Positions 20,406-29,201 of a stretch of DNA of 64,000 nt are shown here, piece after piece (positions within the stretch are counted from its first letter, which is position 1; every line of letters starts with the position of its first letter). The stretch lies in the NCBI GenBank assembly GCA_963668675.2, contig CAXXMB010000001.1, positions 288,001-352,000 of the forward strand. Reading direction: 5' to 3'. Made by a program: the position numbers and the translations under genes. The notes under the pieces were generated by a model that had not been told where the DNA came from, ran no database searches, and saw only the letters and a list, made by a program, of their open reading frames with translations. The stretch comes from an uncultured Desulfatitalea sp. Lineage in GTDB: Bacteria > Desulfobacterota > Desulfobacteria > Desulfobacterales > Desulfosarcinaceae.

Positions 20406-20675
20406 ATGAAGCCAGTTGAAATTCCCATAGACGGCATTCTTGATCTTCACACCTTCAATCCCAAAGAGGTGCCCGATTTGATCGATGACTATTTGGCGGC
20501 CTGCCGTGAAAAAGGTATCCATGAGGTCAGGATCATCCACGGAAAGGGAACGGGGGTTCAAAGGGCAAGGGTGAGGGCGCTATTGGAGAGAAATCCGAAG
20601 GTCAAGCGTTATCGGGATGCCTCCCCCGAATCGGGAGGTTGGGGAGCCACGCTGGTTGAACTGAAAAAAGAGTGA
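20406..20675 (+). CDS. Stand-alone Smr domain protein
   Basis: LDLH, IIHGKGTG, GGWGAT. Confidence 0.9.
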   Translation: MKPVEIPIDGILDLHTFNPKEVPDLIDDYLAACREKGIHEVRIIHGKGTGVQRARVRALLERNPKVKRYRDASPESGGWGATLVELKKE

Positions 20676-20733
20676 GAAGAGGGTCATCCGGCGTGCCGGT
20701 GAAGCATTCAATGCCTCTGCCGGCCTGTCTCGG

Positions 20734-20779
20734 AAAAAGAAACGGAGCCTGTTTAGGAAACGGCTCCGTTTATCTTTTT
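20734..20779. terminator. Bidirectional intrinsic terminator between Smr and tRNA-Ala
   Basis: AAAAAG-AAACGGAGCC...GGCTCCGTTT-ATCTTTTT hairpin with A and T tracts. Confidence 0.75.
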
Positions 20780-20782
20780 CGT

Positions 20783-20858
20783 TGGTGGAGCTGAGGGGGA
20801 TCGAACCCCTGACCTCATGACTGCCAGTCATGCGCTCTCCCAGCTGAGCTACAGCCCC
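20783..20858 (-). tRNA. tRNA-Ala (GGC)
   Basis: GGGGCTGTAGCTCAGCTGGGAGAGCGCATGACTGGCAGTCATGAGGTCAGGGGTTCGATCCCCCTCAGCTCCACCA; 76 nt, G3:U70 pair, encoded CCA. Confidence 0.98.
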
Positions 20859-21055
20859 GAACGTGAGTGGGCTACCTAACAGACTGATTATCTTCTGTCA
20901 ACGCTATTTTTTGGGCACATGGATGCCGTTGCGCGGAAAAGGGCTACGCCACGATTTCGAAAAATCCTTGGCTCAAGCTATGGTAACGCGTTGGACACGG
21001 ATTCGGTGCCAGAGCCTTTGGTCGGAACGGTGCCCTTTGGTTGCGCTTGTAAATA

Positions 21056-21084
21056 TTGACAAGGTTAGGGATACCGCCTAATAT
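21056..21084 (+). promoter_or_regulatory. sigma70-type promoter for ppiD
   Basis: TTGACA-17 nt-TAATAT. Confidence 0.65.
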
Positions 21085-21167
21085 CGACTGTTTAACAAGT
21101 CCCTAACAGGGTCTGATTTGTTTACACCTTTAACTTCCGGCAAAACCGGATTGGGAGATTGATCGGC

Positions 21168-23063
21168 ATGCTCAGTATGATGCGCAAGCAGGCAGGAAGT
21201 TGGATGATCAAATTGGTTTTATTTGCCATCGTCGTCGTTTTTGTTTTCTGGGGCGTGGGCAGTTATACAAATCGGCAGGCCAACAAAGTCGCTGAAGTCA
21301 ATGATGAGGTGATTACATTTACCACCTATCACCAATCGTATAATCGAATGCTCGAGCAGTATCGCCGGGTTTACGGGAGTGCATTGAACAATGAGATGCT
21401 CGAGGGGTTAAACCTCAAGGAGCAGGCGCTCAACCAACTTATCGACCAGGTGTTGATGAGCCAGGAGGCGGAACGGTTGAACCTCCAAATCGCCGAGAAG
21501 ACATTGGACGAGGCGGTACTCAAGATTCCGGCTTTTCAGAACAACGGCGTTTTCGATGAGCGGCGTGCGAATTTTATATTGGCCCAAAATGGGATGACCA
21601 GCGCAGAGTTCAGAAACAGCTTGAGACAGGACATGCTGATCAGCCAGCTTCGTGCTTTGGTGACCGATGGGGCCACCGTTGCGGAGGAGGAGGCGCGGGA
21701 GTGGCATGCGTGGTATAACGCTGAAGTGAACCTGGATTATGTGGTTTTTTCACCTGAGCGGTACGAGGATATCGAGGTTGCGGAAGCAGATATCGACGAA
21801 TACTATCAGCAACACAAAGAGAGATACAAGACAGCGGTACAGGTCAAAGTAACCTATCTCCATTTCGACCCCAATACATATAAGGCCGGGGTCGATGTCT
21901 CCGACGAGGAGATTTCGCAATACTACTATGACCATCCCGAAGCGTTCAAGAGTGAAAAAACAGTAGAGGCGCGCCACATCCTCTTCAAGCTCGATGCCGA
22001 CGCCGATGCTGAAACCGTCGCAAGTCAGCAGAAAAAAGCCATGGAGATATACAAATTGGCCACATCGGGCCAACCGTTCGATCAACTGGCCAAGCAGCAC
22101 TCGGAGGGGCCGACCCGAGACAACGGCGGTTATTTGGGCGCATTTAAAAAAGATGCGATGGTCAAACCCTTTGCAGATAAAGCGTTCGCTATGAAGGTTG
22201 GTGAGATCAGTGAACCGGTAAGAACCCGTTTTGGCTGGCACCTGATAAAGGTGGAAAAGATCAACCCGGCAAGAACCGAGAGCTTGGAGCAGGCCACCGA
22301 AGGTATCCGCCGTAAGCTTGTCGAGGTGAAGGCGCTGGAGATGGCCCGCCTGAAAGCGGAATCGATCTACGATACCGTATACGATGGCGATGACCTGGCC
22401 GCCGCTGCCCAGCAACACGAGGTTCGTGTATTTCAAACCGGGTTCTTCGGTTCCGAAGGGCCGCGCCAGAAGGATATCGGCGATGTGCCCAAGTTCGCCA
22501 AAACCGCCTTGGCTTTAGAGGAGATGGACATCAGCGAAGTCCAGGATTTCGGTAATGGCTACTACCTGCTGCAGGTGACGCAGCGTAAAAATCCTGAAAT
22601 ACCGCCACTGGGAAAGGTGGCTGAACGGGTGAAAGCAGACACCGTCAAGGCCCGCCAGGATGACCGCGCCAAGGCGGATGCTGAAAAGTGTTTGAGCGAG
22701 TTGAAGGGCGGCGCCGACATCGTCGCTTCAGCGGCCGAGTTTGGCCTCAAGGTCGAGGAGACCGGTTTTTTTAAGCGTAACGGTGCCATTCCCAAAATCG
22801 GATATGAGTCCGCACTCTCCCAAACCGCCTTCACACTGAAACCCGACCAGGCCCTTCCAGAGGATGTCTTCAAGGGAAAAGAGGGGTGGTATGTGGTGCG
22901 GTATAAAGATCGAAAACTGCCTGCCGATGAAGACTTTGAGAAGGAAAAGAGCGCTTTGATCGAGCGTTTGATCGAACAGAAGCGACAATCCACGTTCCAG
23001 CAATGGTTGGCCGATTTGAGAGCCAATGGACGCATCGACGTCAAACAGGATGCGATCCGGTAA
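21168..23063 (+). CDS. ppiD: PpiD-like periplasmic chaperone (SurA-N + parvulin domain)
   Basis: N-terminal TM anchor FVFWGVG, FQNNGVFD, ARHIL, GGYLG, MVKPF, SEPVRTRFGWHLIKV. Confidence 0.88.
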   Translation: MLSMMRKQAGSWMIKLVLFAIVVVFVFWGVGSYTNRQANKVAEVNDEVITFTTYHQSYNRMLEQYRRVYGSALNNEMLEGLNLKEQALNQLIDQVLMSQEAERLNLQIAEKTLDEAVLKIPAFQNNGVFDERRANFILAQNGMTSAEFRNSLRQDMLISQLRALVTDGATVAEEEAREWHAWYNAEVNLDYVVFSPERYEDIEVAEADIDEYYQQHKERYKTAVQVKVTYLHFDPNTYKAGVDVSDEEISQYYYDHPEAFKSEKTVEARHILFKLDADADAETVASQQKKAMEIYKLATSGQPFDQLAKQHSEGPTRDNGGYLGAFKKDAMVKPFADKAFAMKVGEISEPVRTRFGWHLIKVEKINPARTESLEQATEGIRRKLVEVKALEMARLKAESIYDTVYDGDDLAAAAQQHEVRVFQTGFFGSEGPRQKDIGDVPKFAKTALALEEMDISEVQDFGNGYYLLQVTQRKNPEIPPLGKVAERVKADTVKARQDDRAKADAEKCLSELKGGADIVASAAEFGLKVEETGFFKRNGAIPKIGYESALSQTAFTLKPDQALPEDVFKGKEGWYVVRYKDRKLPADEDFEKEKSALIERLIEQKRQSTFQQWLADLRANGRIDVKQDAIR

Positions 23064-23083
23064 CACAATAGGACGTTTGTCGA

Positions 23084-23124
23084 TCAGCCAGAGCTCAGCC
23101 GAAGCTCAGCCAAAGCTCAGCCAG
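23084..23124 (+). repeat. Tandem direct repeat, 11-nt period (4 x TCAGCC core)
   Basis: TCAGCC at 23084, 23095, 23106 and 23117; unit AGCTCAGCC(G/A)(A/G). Confidence 0.85.
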
Positions 23125-23138
23125 ACAAGGGAGGGAAC

Positions 23139-23369
23139 ATGGCGAAGCAGACCTGGACGGATCACAATAGGAGATATGCCAGTAAAAAGTGCCCCGAGTG
23201 CTACGAATATGTTCCGCTGGAGGCCACTGTATGTCCGTCTTGCAAAACGAGATTGGGCAAGGTGGGAGAACACGGGATGGCCGAGCGCCTGACCAACTGG
23301 AAGGGTTATATCGTATGCGCCATCTTATGGCTTATCCTGGCCATCTATTTGAAGTGGGCCTTTTTCTAA
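23139..23369 (+). CDS. Small zinc-ribbon membrane protein
   Basis: GGGAGG SD, CPEC...CPSC, C-terminal TM helix. Confidence 0.8.
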   Translation: MAKQTWTDHNRRYASKKCPECYEYVPLEATVCPSCKTRLGKVGEHGMAERLTNWKGYIVCAILWLILAIYLKWAFF

Positions 23370-23386
23370 GGAACAACGCACTTCAA

Positions 23387-24055
23387 TCACTTCGCAAGCA
23401 TCGCCCGCATCATGTCGCCGGCATTTTCGGCATGGTCGGCGATTGAGCCGATGATCTCGGCGAGATGCACCATATGATAGACCGTTACGGCGTCGGTGCA
23501 TCGGTTAAAGACAATTTGTTTGAAGCTGTCTTCGATCTTGTCAGCCTCGTGCTCCTGCTGACGAAGATTGCGGATGATATCTTTGAGGACGGTACGCCGC
23601 CTCTCGTCAAAGGTCCTGAAGTATTCACGCGCCTCTGTGACCATTTTGTGCAACTCTTCGATAGGATCGATCACCGCGTCCACCAATAGAAGGAAATTTT
23701 TTTCAACCTCGGGTGGGATTCCCTTCTCAGCCCGATAGGATATCCAATCCAAGGCATCTTCCACGGCGTCCAGGACACCATCCTGCTCTCTCAGGTAACG
23801 GAACAGTTGAAACTTGCTGACCGGCATCAAGGTGCCGATGGGCAGGTGGCCGCGGATTCGCCGTTTGATGCTGTCGGCCTCTCGCTCGGTGCGGCTCACC
23901 TCCTGGCGCAACTCTTCGAATCGGGGGCATTTGCTCGAAACAAAACACTCAATCGCTTGTTGAAACGACCAGGCGCACTCTTTGACCTTCTCGGCATGCT
24001 CCTGGATGCCTTCAAACGGCGATGTGATAAACATTGAGAAAAATGGCAAGCGCAT
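23387..24055 (-). CDS. DUF47 / PhoU-like phosphate transport accessory protein
   Basis: SPF, EREADSIKRRIR, EHEAD, IADHAEN; follows the pit gene. Confidence 0.88.
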   Translation of the reverse strand: MRLPFFSMFITSPFEGIQEHAEKVKECAWSFQQAIECFVSSKCPRFEELRQEVSRTEREADSIKRRIRGHLPIGTLMPVSKFQLFRYLREQDGVLDAVEDALDWISYRAEKGIPPEVEKNFLLLVDAVIDPIEELHKMVTEAREYFRTFDERRRTVLKDIIRNLRQQEHEADKIEDSFKQIVFNRCTDAVTVYHMVHLAEIIGSIADHAENAGDMMRAMLAK

Positions 24056-24081
24056 GGCTTCCTCCTCAGGTGATCTTCATA

Positions 24082-25323
24082 TCAACCCATTCCAGGGTAT
24101 GGAAATATTTGACGAATGATCCAGAACAGGAGCATGCTCGTTCCGGCAGCGGCCGGTACGGTCAGAACCCAGTAGATCATGATCTGGAACACGATCCTGA
24201 AGTTGACCGCTTCGAGGCCTCTGGCCAGGCCAACCCCCAGTACGCCGCCAACGGCTGCGTGGGTGGTCGAGACCGGCAGACCCAGCTTGGAGGCAATCAA
24301 AACGGTTGTGGCCGCAGAGAAATCGACTGAAAATCCGCGCGTATTGGTCAACGTTGTGATTTTGGTGCCCAAGGTGGTCATCACTCGCGAACCGGCCATC
24401 CAGATTCCGCAGCCGATTCCGACCCCACCGAAAAGAAGCAGAAAGATCGGCACAGGGACCTGGGCACCCACCGTACCTGTTTTTACCAGAAAGTAAATGA
24501 CGGCAAGGGGGCCTATCGCATTGGCCACGTCGTTGGCACCTTGGGCCAGGGCGACGTAACACGATGTACCGATCTGTATGCGCCTGAAAATCTCCTCGAC
24601 AGTCCCCCTTTTTTTGGCCAGCAACTTTTTGATGAGTAGACGGCCGGCAATGCCCAGCAGTGGAGAGACAACCAGAGCGATAGCGAGGGCCGCTGGGGTG
24701 CCGATGGCCAGTTTTTTTCCTAGCGGTGTTTTAAAAAGGAAAGAGAGGATGACCACGAAGCAGGCGCTTCCGATAAAGGCGGGTGACAGCCTCCAGGCGG
24801 CAGCGATGGCATCCTGGCGCGACAGAATCAGCCGAACGATCGTTTTGAAGATAATGTAGCTGATGATTAGACTGAAAAGTGGTGAAATGATCCAGCTCAG
24901 GACGACGGCTCCCAGTTTGAGCCAGTTGATCACATCGATGCCGCCGGCCATGATGCCGAAACCGATCATCGCGCCGACGATCGAGTGGGTGGTAGAGACC
25001 GGCAGGGACTTCCAGGTGGCGAAGGACACCCAGAACGCAGCGGCCAGCAAAGCAGATACCGCCCCGATGAGCGCCATGTGAGGATCGCTGAGAACCTGGG
25101 TGGAGACGATGCCTTTGCGAATGGTATTGGTGACGTGAGAACCGATCAGCGTTGCGCCAAGGATATTTAGAACGGCTGCTATCACGACCGCCTGTCGGAT
25201 TGTGATCGCTTTGGCGCCCACAGCCGATGCCATCGAATTGGCCACATCGTTGGCACCGATATTCCAGGCCATGTAAAAACCAAAAATATAGCCAACGATT
25301 AGAACGCTGTATTCACTGAACAT
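24082..25323 (-). CDS. pit: PiT family inorganic phosphate transporter
   Basis: Two GANDVAN signatures and two LPVSTTH motifs. Confidence 0.95.
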   Translation of the reverse strand: MFSEYSVLIVGYIFGFYMAWNIGANDVANSMASAVGAKAITIRQAVVIAAVLNILGATLIGSHVTNTIRKGIVSTQVLSDPHMALIGAVSALLAAAFWVSFATWKSLPVSTTHSIVGAMIGFGIMAGGIDVINWLKLGAVVLSWIISPLFSLIISYIIFKTIVRLILSRQDAIAAAWRLSPAFIGSACFVVILSFLFKTPLGKKLAIGTPAALAIALVVSPLLGIAGRLLIKKLLAKKRGTVEEIFRRIQIGTSCYVALAQGANDVANAIGPLAVIYFLVKTGTVGAQVPVPIFLLLFGGVGIGCGIWMAGSRVMTTLGTKITTLTNTRGFSVDFSAATTVLIASKLGLPVSTTHAAVGGVLGVGLARGLEAVNFRIVFQIMIYWVLTVPAAAGTSMLLFWIIRQIFPYPGMG

Positions 25324-25373
25324 GATAGGCGATGTCGTTCAATAGATCACTTTGAGTTTGTATTTGTCTAAAA

Positions 25374-25509
25374 TTGACGAATTCGTAAAAAGTCATTCAT
25401 ACGTCATGTCGGACTTGATCCGGCATCCAGAAACCATTGAAAAACTGTATTCCGGTCTTCGCCGGAATGACGGGAAAAGCACTCTCGGAACATTTTACGA
25501 GTTCGTCAA
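25374..25509. mobile_element. ~136-bp MITE-like element with internal REP-like palindrome, copy 1
   Basis: TIRs TTGACGAATTCGTAAAA / TTTTACGAGTTCGTCAA (16/17). Internal GTCATGTCGGACTTGATCCGGCATCCAG...TTCCGGTCTTCGCCGGAATGAC. Second copy at 47832-47968. Confidence 0.75.
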
Positions 25510-25684
25510 AAGTGTCAGCCAAAGGCATCCTTTAGAAAAATGTTAGGATTGTGTTAGCACGGACGTTCCAACAGGTAAAGATAATTTGCCCAAGATGTTG
25601 TTCTGTCGATGAGCGACAACCACAACCAGTGGAATACTCAGGTTATACATCTGTGGCACATACGGGGGAGGCGCGGCACGCTTC

Positions 25685-27667
25685 TCAGGAGCTACTGAAG
25701 GCGCGCGCCAACACATCTTCAGGGACGTGTTCGAGGAAACGGGAGGGTTCATAAAGCAAGGACTGGGTGGCACGATCGTAAATCTGTACCGGATAAGTGA
25801 GATGCAGATGGCGCTCGGCGCGTGTGATGGCGACATACATCAGGCGACGCTCCTCTTCCAGGGCGTCGGCGTCGTCGATGGCGTGGTAGGATGGGAAACG
25901 GCCGTCCAGGGCCCAGATGATAAAAACCGTATCCCACTCGAGACCCTTGGCTGAGTGAATGGTCGACAGCACCAGTCGGTTCTCCTCAGCGCCGGATGCA
26001 GCCAGCCCCTCGCCAACACTGTTGTTGGGAGGGTCCAAAGCCATGTCATCAAGAAAGTCGTCCAACGCTTCATAGCGTTCCACAATCGTTATGAGCTGCT
26101 GCAGGTCGCGCAATCGACGTGGGTGGTCATCGAAGTTCGCTTCAAGGTGGGGGATATAGTACTCCAATACCATCTTTCCCCAACGCGCGAGAGAATAGGG
26201 GGTTGCATCCATGGCGGCGATCAGTTTTTTGAGTCGATCGAGGCCCGCATTCTGCTTTAGTTTTATCGGAGCGCTCAGCAAACCGGTTGGGCCAAGGCCC
26301 TCTTTGATGACGGCCGTGTAGATCCGTTGTGCGGTGGTGGGGCCGATCTTTTCGAGTAGCAGAAGAATTCGGTTCCAGCTCAGACGATCCCGGGGTGCGG
26401 AAAAGATCTTCAGGTGGGCAATGATATCTTTGATATGGGCCGATTCGGTGAACCGGAACCCGCCAACCTTTACATATGGAATGGCGGCGCGGTTCAATTC
26501 CACTTCAAGGTCGAAAGCGTGAAAACTTGCCCTGAAGAGGACGGCGATGCGATCGAGCCGTGTTCCTTCGCTCTGTAGCTTAAGGATTTCTTGGGTCACG
26601 TATTGGGATTGGAGGTTTTCGCTGGAGGTGGCCATCAGGACGGGCAGCTCCCCGCCGCCTCTTTTGGTAAAGAGGCATTTCGAATACTTTTCAGATGCCG
26701 GTTCGATCACATGGTTGGCAAGATCGAGAATCGGTTGGAGACTTCGATAGTTTTCCTCCAGCTTGACCAGTTGCGTCCCAGGAAAACGCTCCGGGAAATC
26801 GATGATGTTTTTATAGTTGGCCCCTCGGAAAGCGTAGATGCTTTGTGCGTCGTCCCCCACGACCATGACGTTATTGTTCTCGCCAGCCAGCAGAGAGACG
26901 ATTTCCGCCTGGATGAAGTTGGTGTCCTGGTATTCATCCACCAGAATATGGGTGTAGGTTGTGGCCAATCGGTGCCGGATGTCGTCGTGCTCCGACAACA
27001 ATCGGTGAAATAAGACCAGCAGGTCATCGAAGTCCAGAAAGTAAAGCTCCTGTTTGCGTCGGCGATACGTCACCCATATCTTGTTGATCACTTCTGTCTG
27101 ATACCCAAAATGTGGGTAGTCTTCATAGATGACCTCTTCCAGGGACGTGTTTTTGTTAACTGCCCTGCTGAAGATGGTGGCAAGAGTAGATTTGCGAGGC
27201 AGGTGCTGCCCCTTATCCGTCGCATTGGTTTCCTTGCGGATGATACCGACAAGGTCTTCGGCGTCGCCGCGATCCAGGATGGAGAACCCCTGATCAAAAC
27301 CGATTTTGGCAGAATATCGGCGCAGAACGCTGTTTGCGAACGAATGAAATGTGCCCCCGGCCACATCATGGCAGCGCCGGTCCAACAGATCGGATGCCCG
27401 TTTGAGCATCTCCTGCGAGGCCTTGCGTGTAAAAGAGAGCAAGAGGATAGAACTGGGGGGGACGCCTTGTTGAACGAGGTGTGCTACCCGATGGGTGAGC
27501 GTTCTTGTCTTTCCACTTCCCGCTCCGGCGATAACGAGCAGCGGTCCTTCGCCGAACGAAACTGCTTCCAGTTGGCCGGCGTTCAGTGTTGTATCGGATA
27601 CGATGCTTTCTCCTGAAGTCGGCAACGGAGTGTGGCGATGGGCCATGATATCTGCGTCCTCAATCAT
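25685..27667 (-). CDS. UvrD/PcrA-family SF1 DNA helicase
   Basis: AGAGSGKT, TFHS, VDEYQDTN, VGDDAQSIYAFRGA, LEENYRS, STIHSAKGLEW, EERRLMYVAITRA. Confidence 0.95.
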   Translation of the reverse strand: MIEDADIMAHRHTPLPTSGESIVSDTTLNAGQLEAVSFGEGPLLVIAGAGSGKTRTLTHRVAHLVQQGVPPSSILLLSFTRKASQEMLKRASDLLDRRCHDVAGGTFHSFANSVLRRYSAKIGFDQGFSILDRGDAEDLVGIIRKETNATDKGQHLPRKSTLATIFSRAVNKNTSLEEVIYEDYPHFGYQTEVINKIWVTYRRRKQELYFLDFDDLLVLFHRLLSEHDDIRHRLATTYTHILVDEYQDTNFIQAEIVSLLAGENNNVMVVGDDAQSIYAFRGANYKNIIDFPERFPGTQLVKLEENYRSLQPILDLANHVIEPASEKYSKCLFTKRGGGELPVLMATSSENLQSQYVTQEILKLQSEGTRLDRIAVLFRASFHAFDLEVELNRAAIPYVKVGGFRFTESAHIKDIIAHLKIFSAPRDRLSWNRILLLLEKIGPTTAQRIYTAVIKEGLGPTGLLSAPIKLKQNAGLDRLKKLIAAMDATPYSLARWGKMVLEYYIPHLEANFDDHPRRLRDLQQLITIVERYEALDDFLDDMALDPPNNSVGEGLAASGAEENRLVLSTIHSAKGLEWDTVFIIWALDGRFPSYHAIDDADALEEERRLMYVAITRAERHLHLTYPVQIYDRATQSLLYEPSRFLEHVPEDVLARAFSSS

Positions 27668-28491
27668 TTTGGTTTTCTATAAGTTGTCATGCCGTCTCTT
27701 TGACATTACCCGGGATATGGTAAACTCACCATAATCCGATCAGACCTATGGATTATTGTGGCGTTTGTCAAGCAGTCACTCTCTCAAGGGAGCTTCACAT
27801 CCAGCGTGTGGATATTTCCGACTGCTTTCACGGAAGAGGCGCCTGCTCAACGGTGAGTGTCGCTCCTGGTTGGATGCTTGATTTTGCTTCTGACACAAAT
27901 ACTGTTATAAAAAAACATAATAATACAATACCTTATAAGGCTACACGTTTTGTGTGCTATCAAAATGATTGTTAAGCGACGGTGTCGATCTATGTTGAAG
28001 ATTGACATGTTCCTCTTCTGGAGTAAATGATTTTGGCGCTCTTATGGGGTGAAGATGCATAATCTCTTTGCAGTTGAAAGTTCGAACCGTGTCTTGGTCG
28101 GGCTGGCGGTTGCAGCGCATCGAAAGGAAAGAAGAGACCATAAAAGAGGGGATGTCTACATCTGTACACGCCATAGGATGGCAACCTGTCGGAAGCATCC
28201 AAAGTTCATGTTTTAACAGAAGAACGGTCCCTTAAGCCCTGTAATTGATAAATATTTATATGGTAGAGCAGTAGGCAGTAAAAAACAAACAAAAGTTCTT
28301 TTTGTTCTCTTTTCTTCCAAATGCTTATCTACAGCGGATGTGCGAAGATTTTATCCTATGTGGTCTTGTAACATATCAAAATAGTGCTACTTTTTTTAAA
28401 AGAAGTTGTTGACAATTCAAAAAGCGTATATTAGGGCTGAATGAAATAGGTGATTTTCGTAAGGAAATTAAAACATTAAGGAGGTAGTAAT

Positions 28492-28908
28492 ATGAAAAAA
28501 GTACAGACCCAGATTAAAGCCATCGCGAAAAACCTTTCGACCCTGGCCACCAAACTCGAAAAGCTGAATACCCAATTGACAGCCCAGCCGGCGAAGAAAG
28601 CACCTGCCAAGAAGAAGGCTGCAGCAAAACCCAAGAAGAAAGTGGCAACCAAGGCCAAGGCGGCCAAGGCAACCAAGGCAACCAAGGCTAAAAAGACTGT
28701 CGCAAAAAAAACAAAAGCCGCTGACAGCAAAGCTACTGTTCTGGACAACGTGCTCGACGTAATATCAAAGAGCCGTAAAGGCGCGACCATCGCCAACCTG
28801 AAGGCCAAGACCAAGTTGGAGTCCCGCCAACTCAGCAATGCACTCTACAAGTTGAGCAAGAAAGGGATGATCAAGACCGTGAGCCGCGGCGTTTACGTCA
28901 AAGCATAG
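28492..28908 (+). CDS. Lys/Ala-rich histone-like protein with C-terminal winged helix
   Basis: TAAGGAGGT SD; N-terminal heptad region, PAKK/KATKA repeats, wHTH-like ending LSNALYKLSKKGMIKTVSRGVY. Confidence 0.85.
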   Translation: MKKVQTQIKAIAKNLSTLATKLEKLNTQLTAQPAKKAPAKKKAAAKPKKKVATKAKAAKATKATKAKKTVAKKTKAADSKATVLDNVLDVISKSRKGATIANLKAKTKLESRQLSNALYKLSKKGMIKTVSRGVYVKA

Positions 28909-28995
28909 TCTTTCCTTCTGATGACCAGATTCAGTTCCATGTCACCACATTGCGTGTAGGTGCATTCAAACAAGTTTTTTGTTAATGCACTTTGG

Positions 28996-29041
28996 ACCTT
29001 TCAGCGCCCCTGCCGACGGCAGCGGGCGCTGAAAGGTTTTT
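28996..29041 (+). terminator. Strong hairpin / intrinsic terminator after the histone-like gene
   Basis: ACCTTTCAGCGCCC-CTGCC GAC GGCAG-C-GGGCGCTGAAAGGT followed by TTTT. Confidence 0.7.
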
Positions 29042-29201
29042 GGAAGTCTGCACACTGCTGTGTCCCGCATCCGCTGTTGTGCCGATGCTGTAGGCCGTGT
29101 CTTACAGGGCAGGGATTTTATGAGATGCTTGCCATCCAAATATCCACACTTATTATTTAGCTGTTGTATAAATGGTATCAGCAAACGAAAAGGACGATTG
29201 T

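Noticed and set aside
20783..20858. tRNA-Ala as an integration site for an island
   Set aside because: No integrase, no duplicated tRNA 3' end seen, and core genes on both sides.
23084..23124. Possible CRISPR array
   Set aside because: 11-nt units without spacers; no cas genes.
25352..25546. 64-aa ORF (and the 88-aa ORF at 47895-48161)
   Set aside because: These are translations of the MITE/REP-like repeat, not genes.
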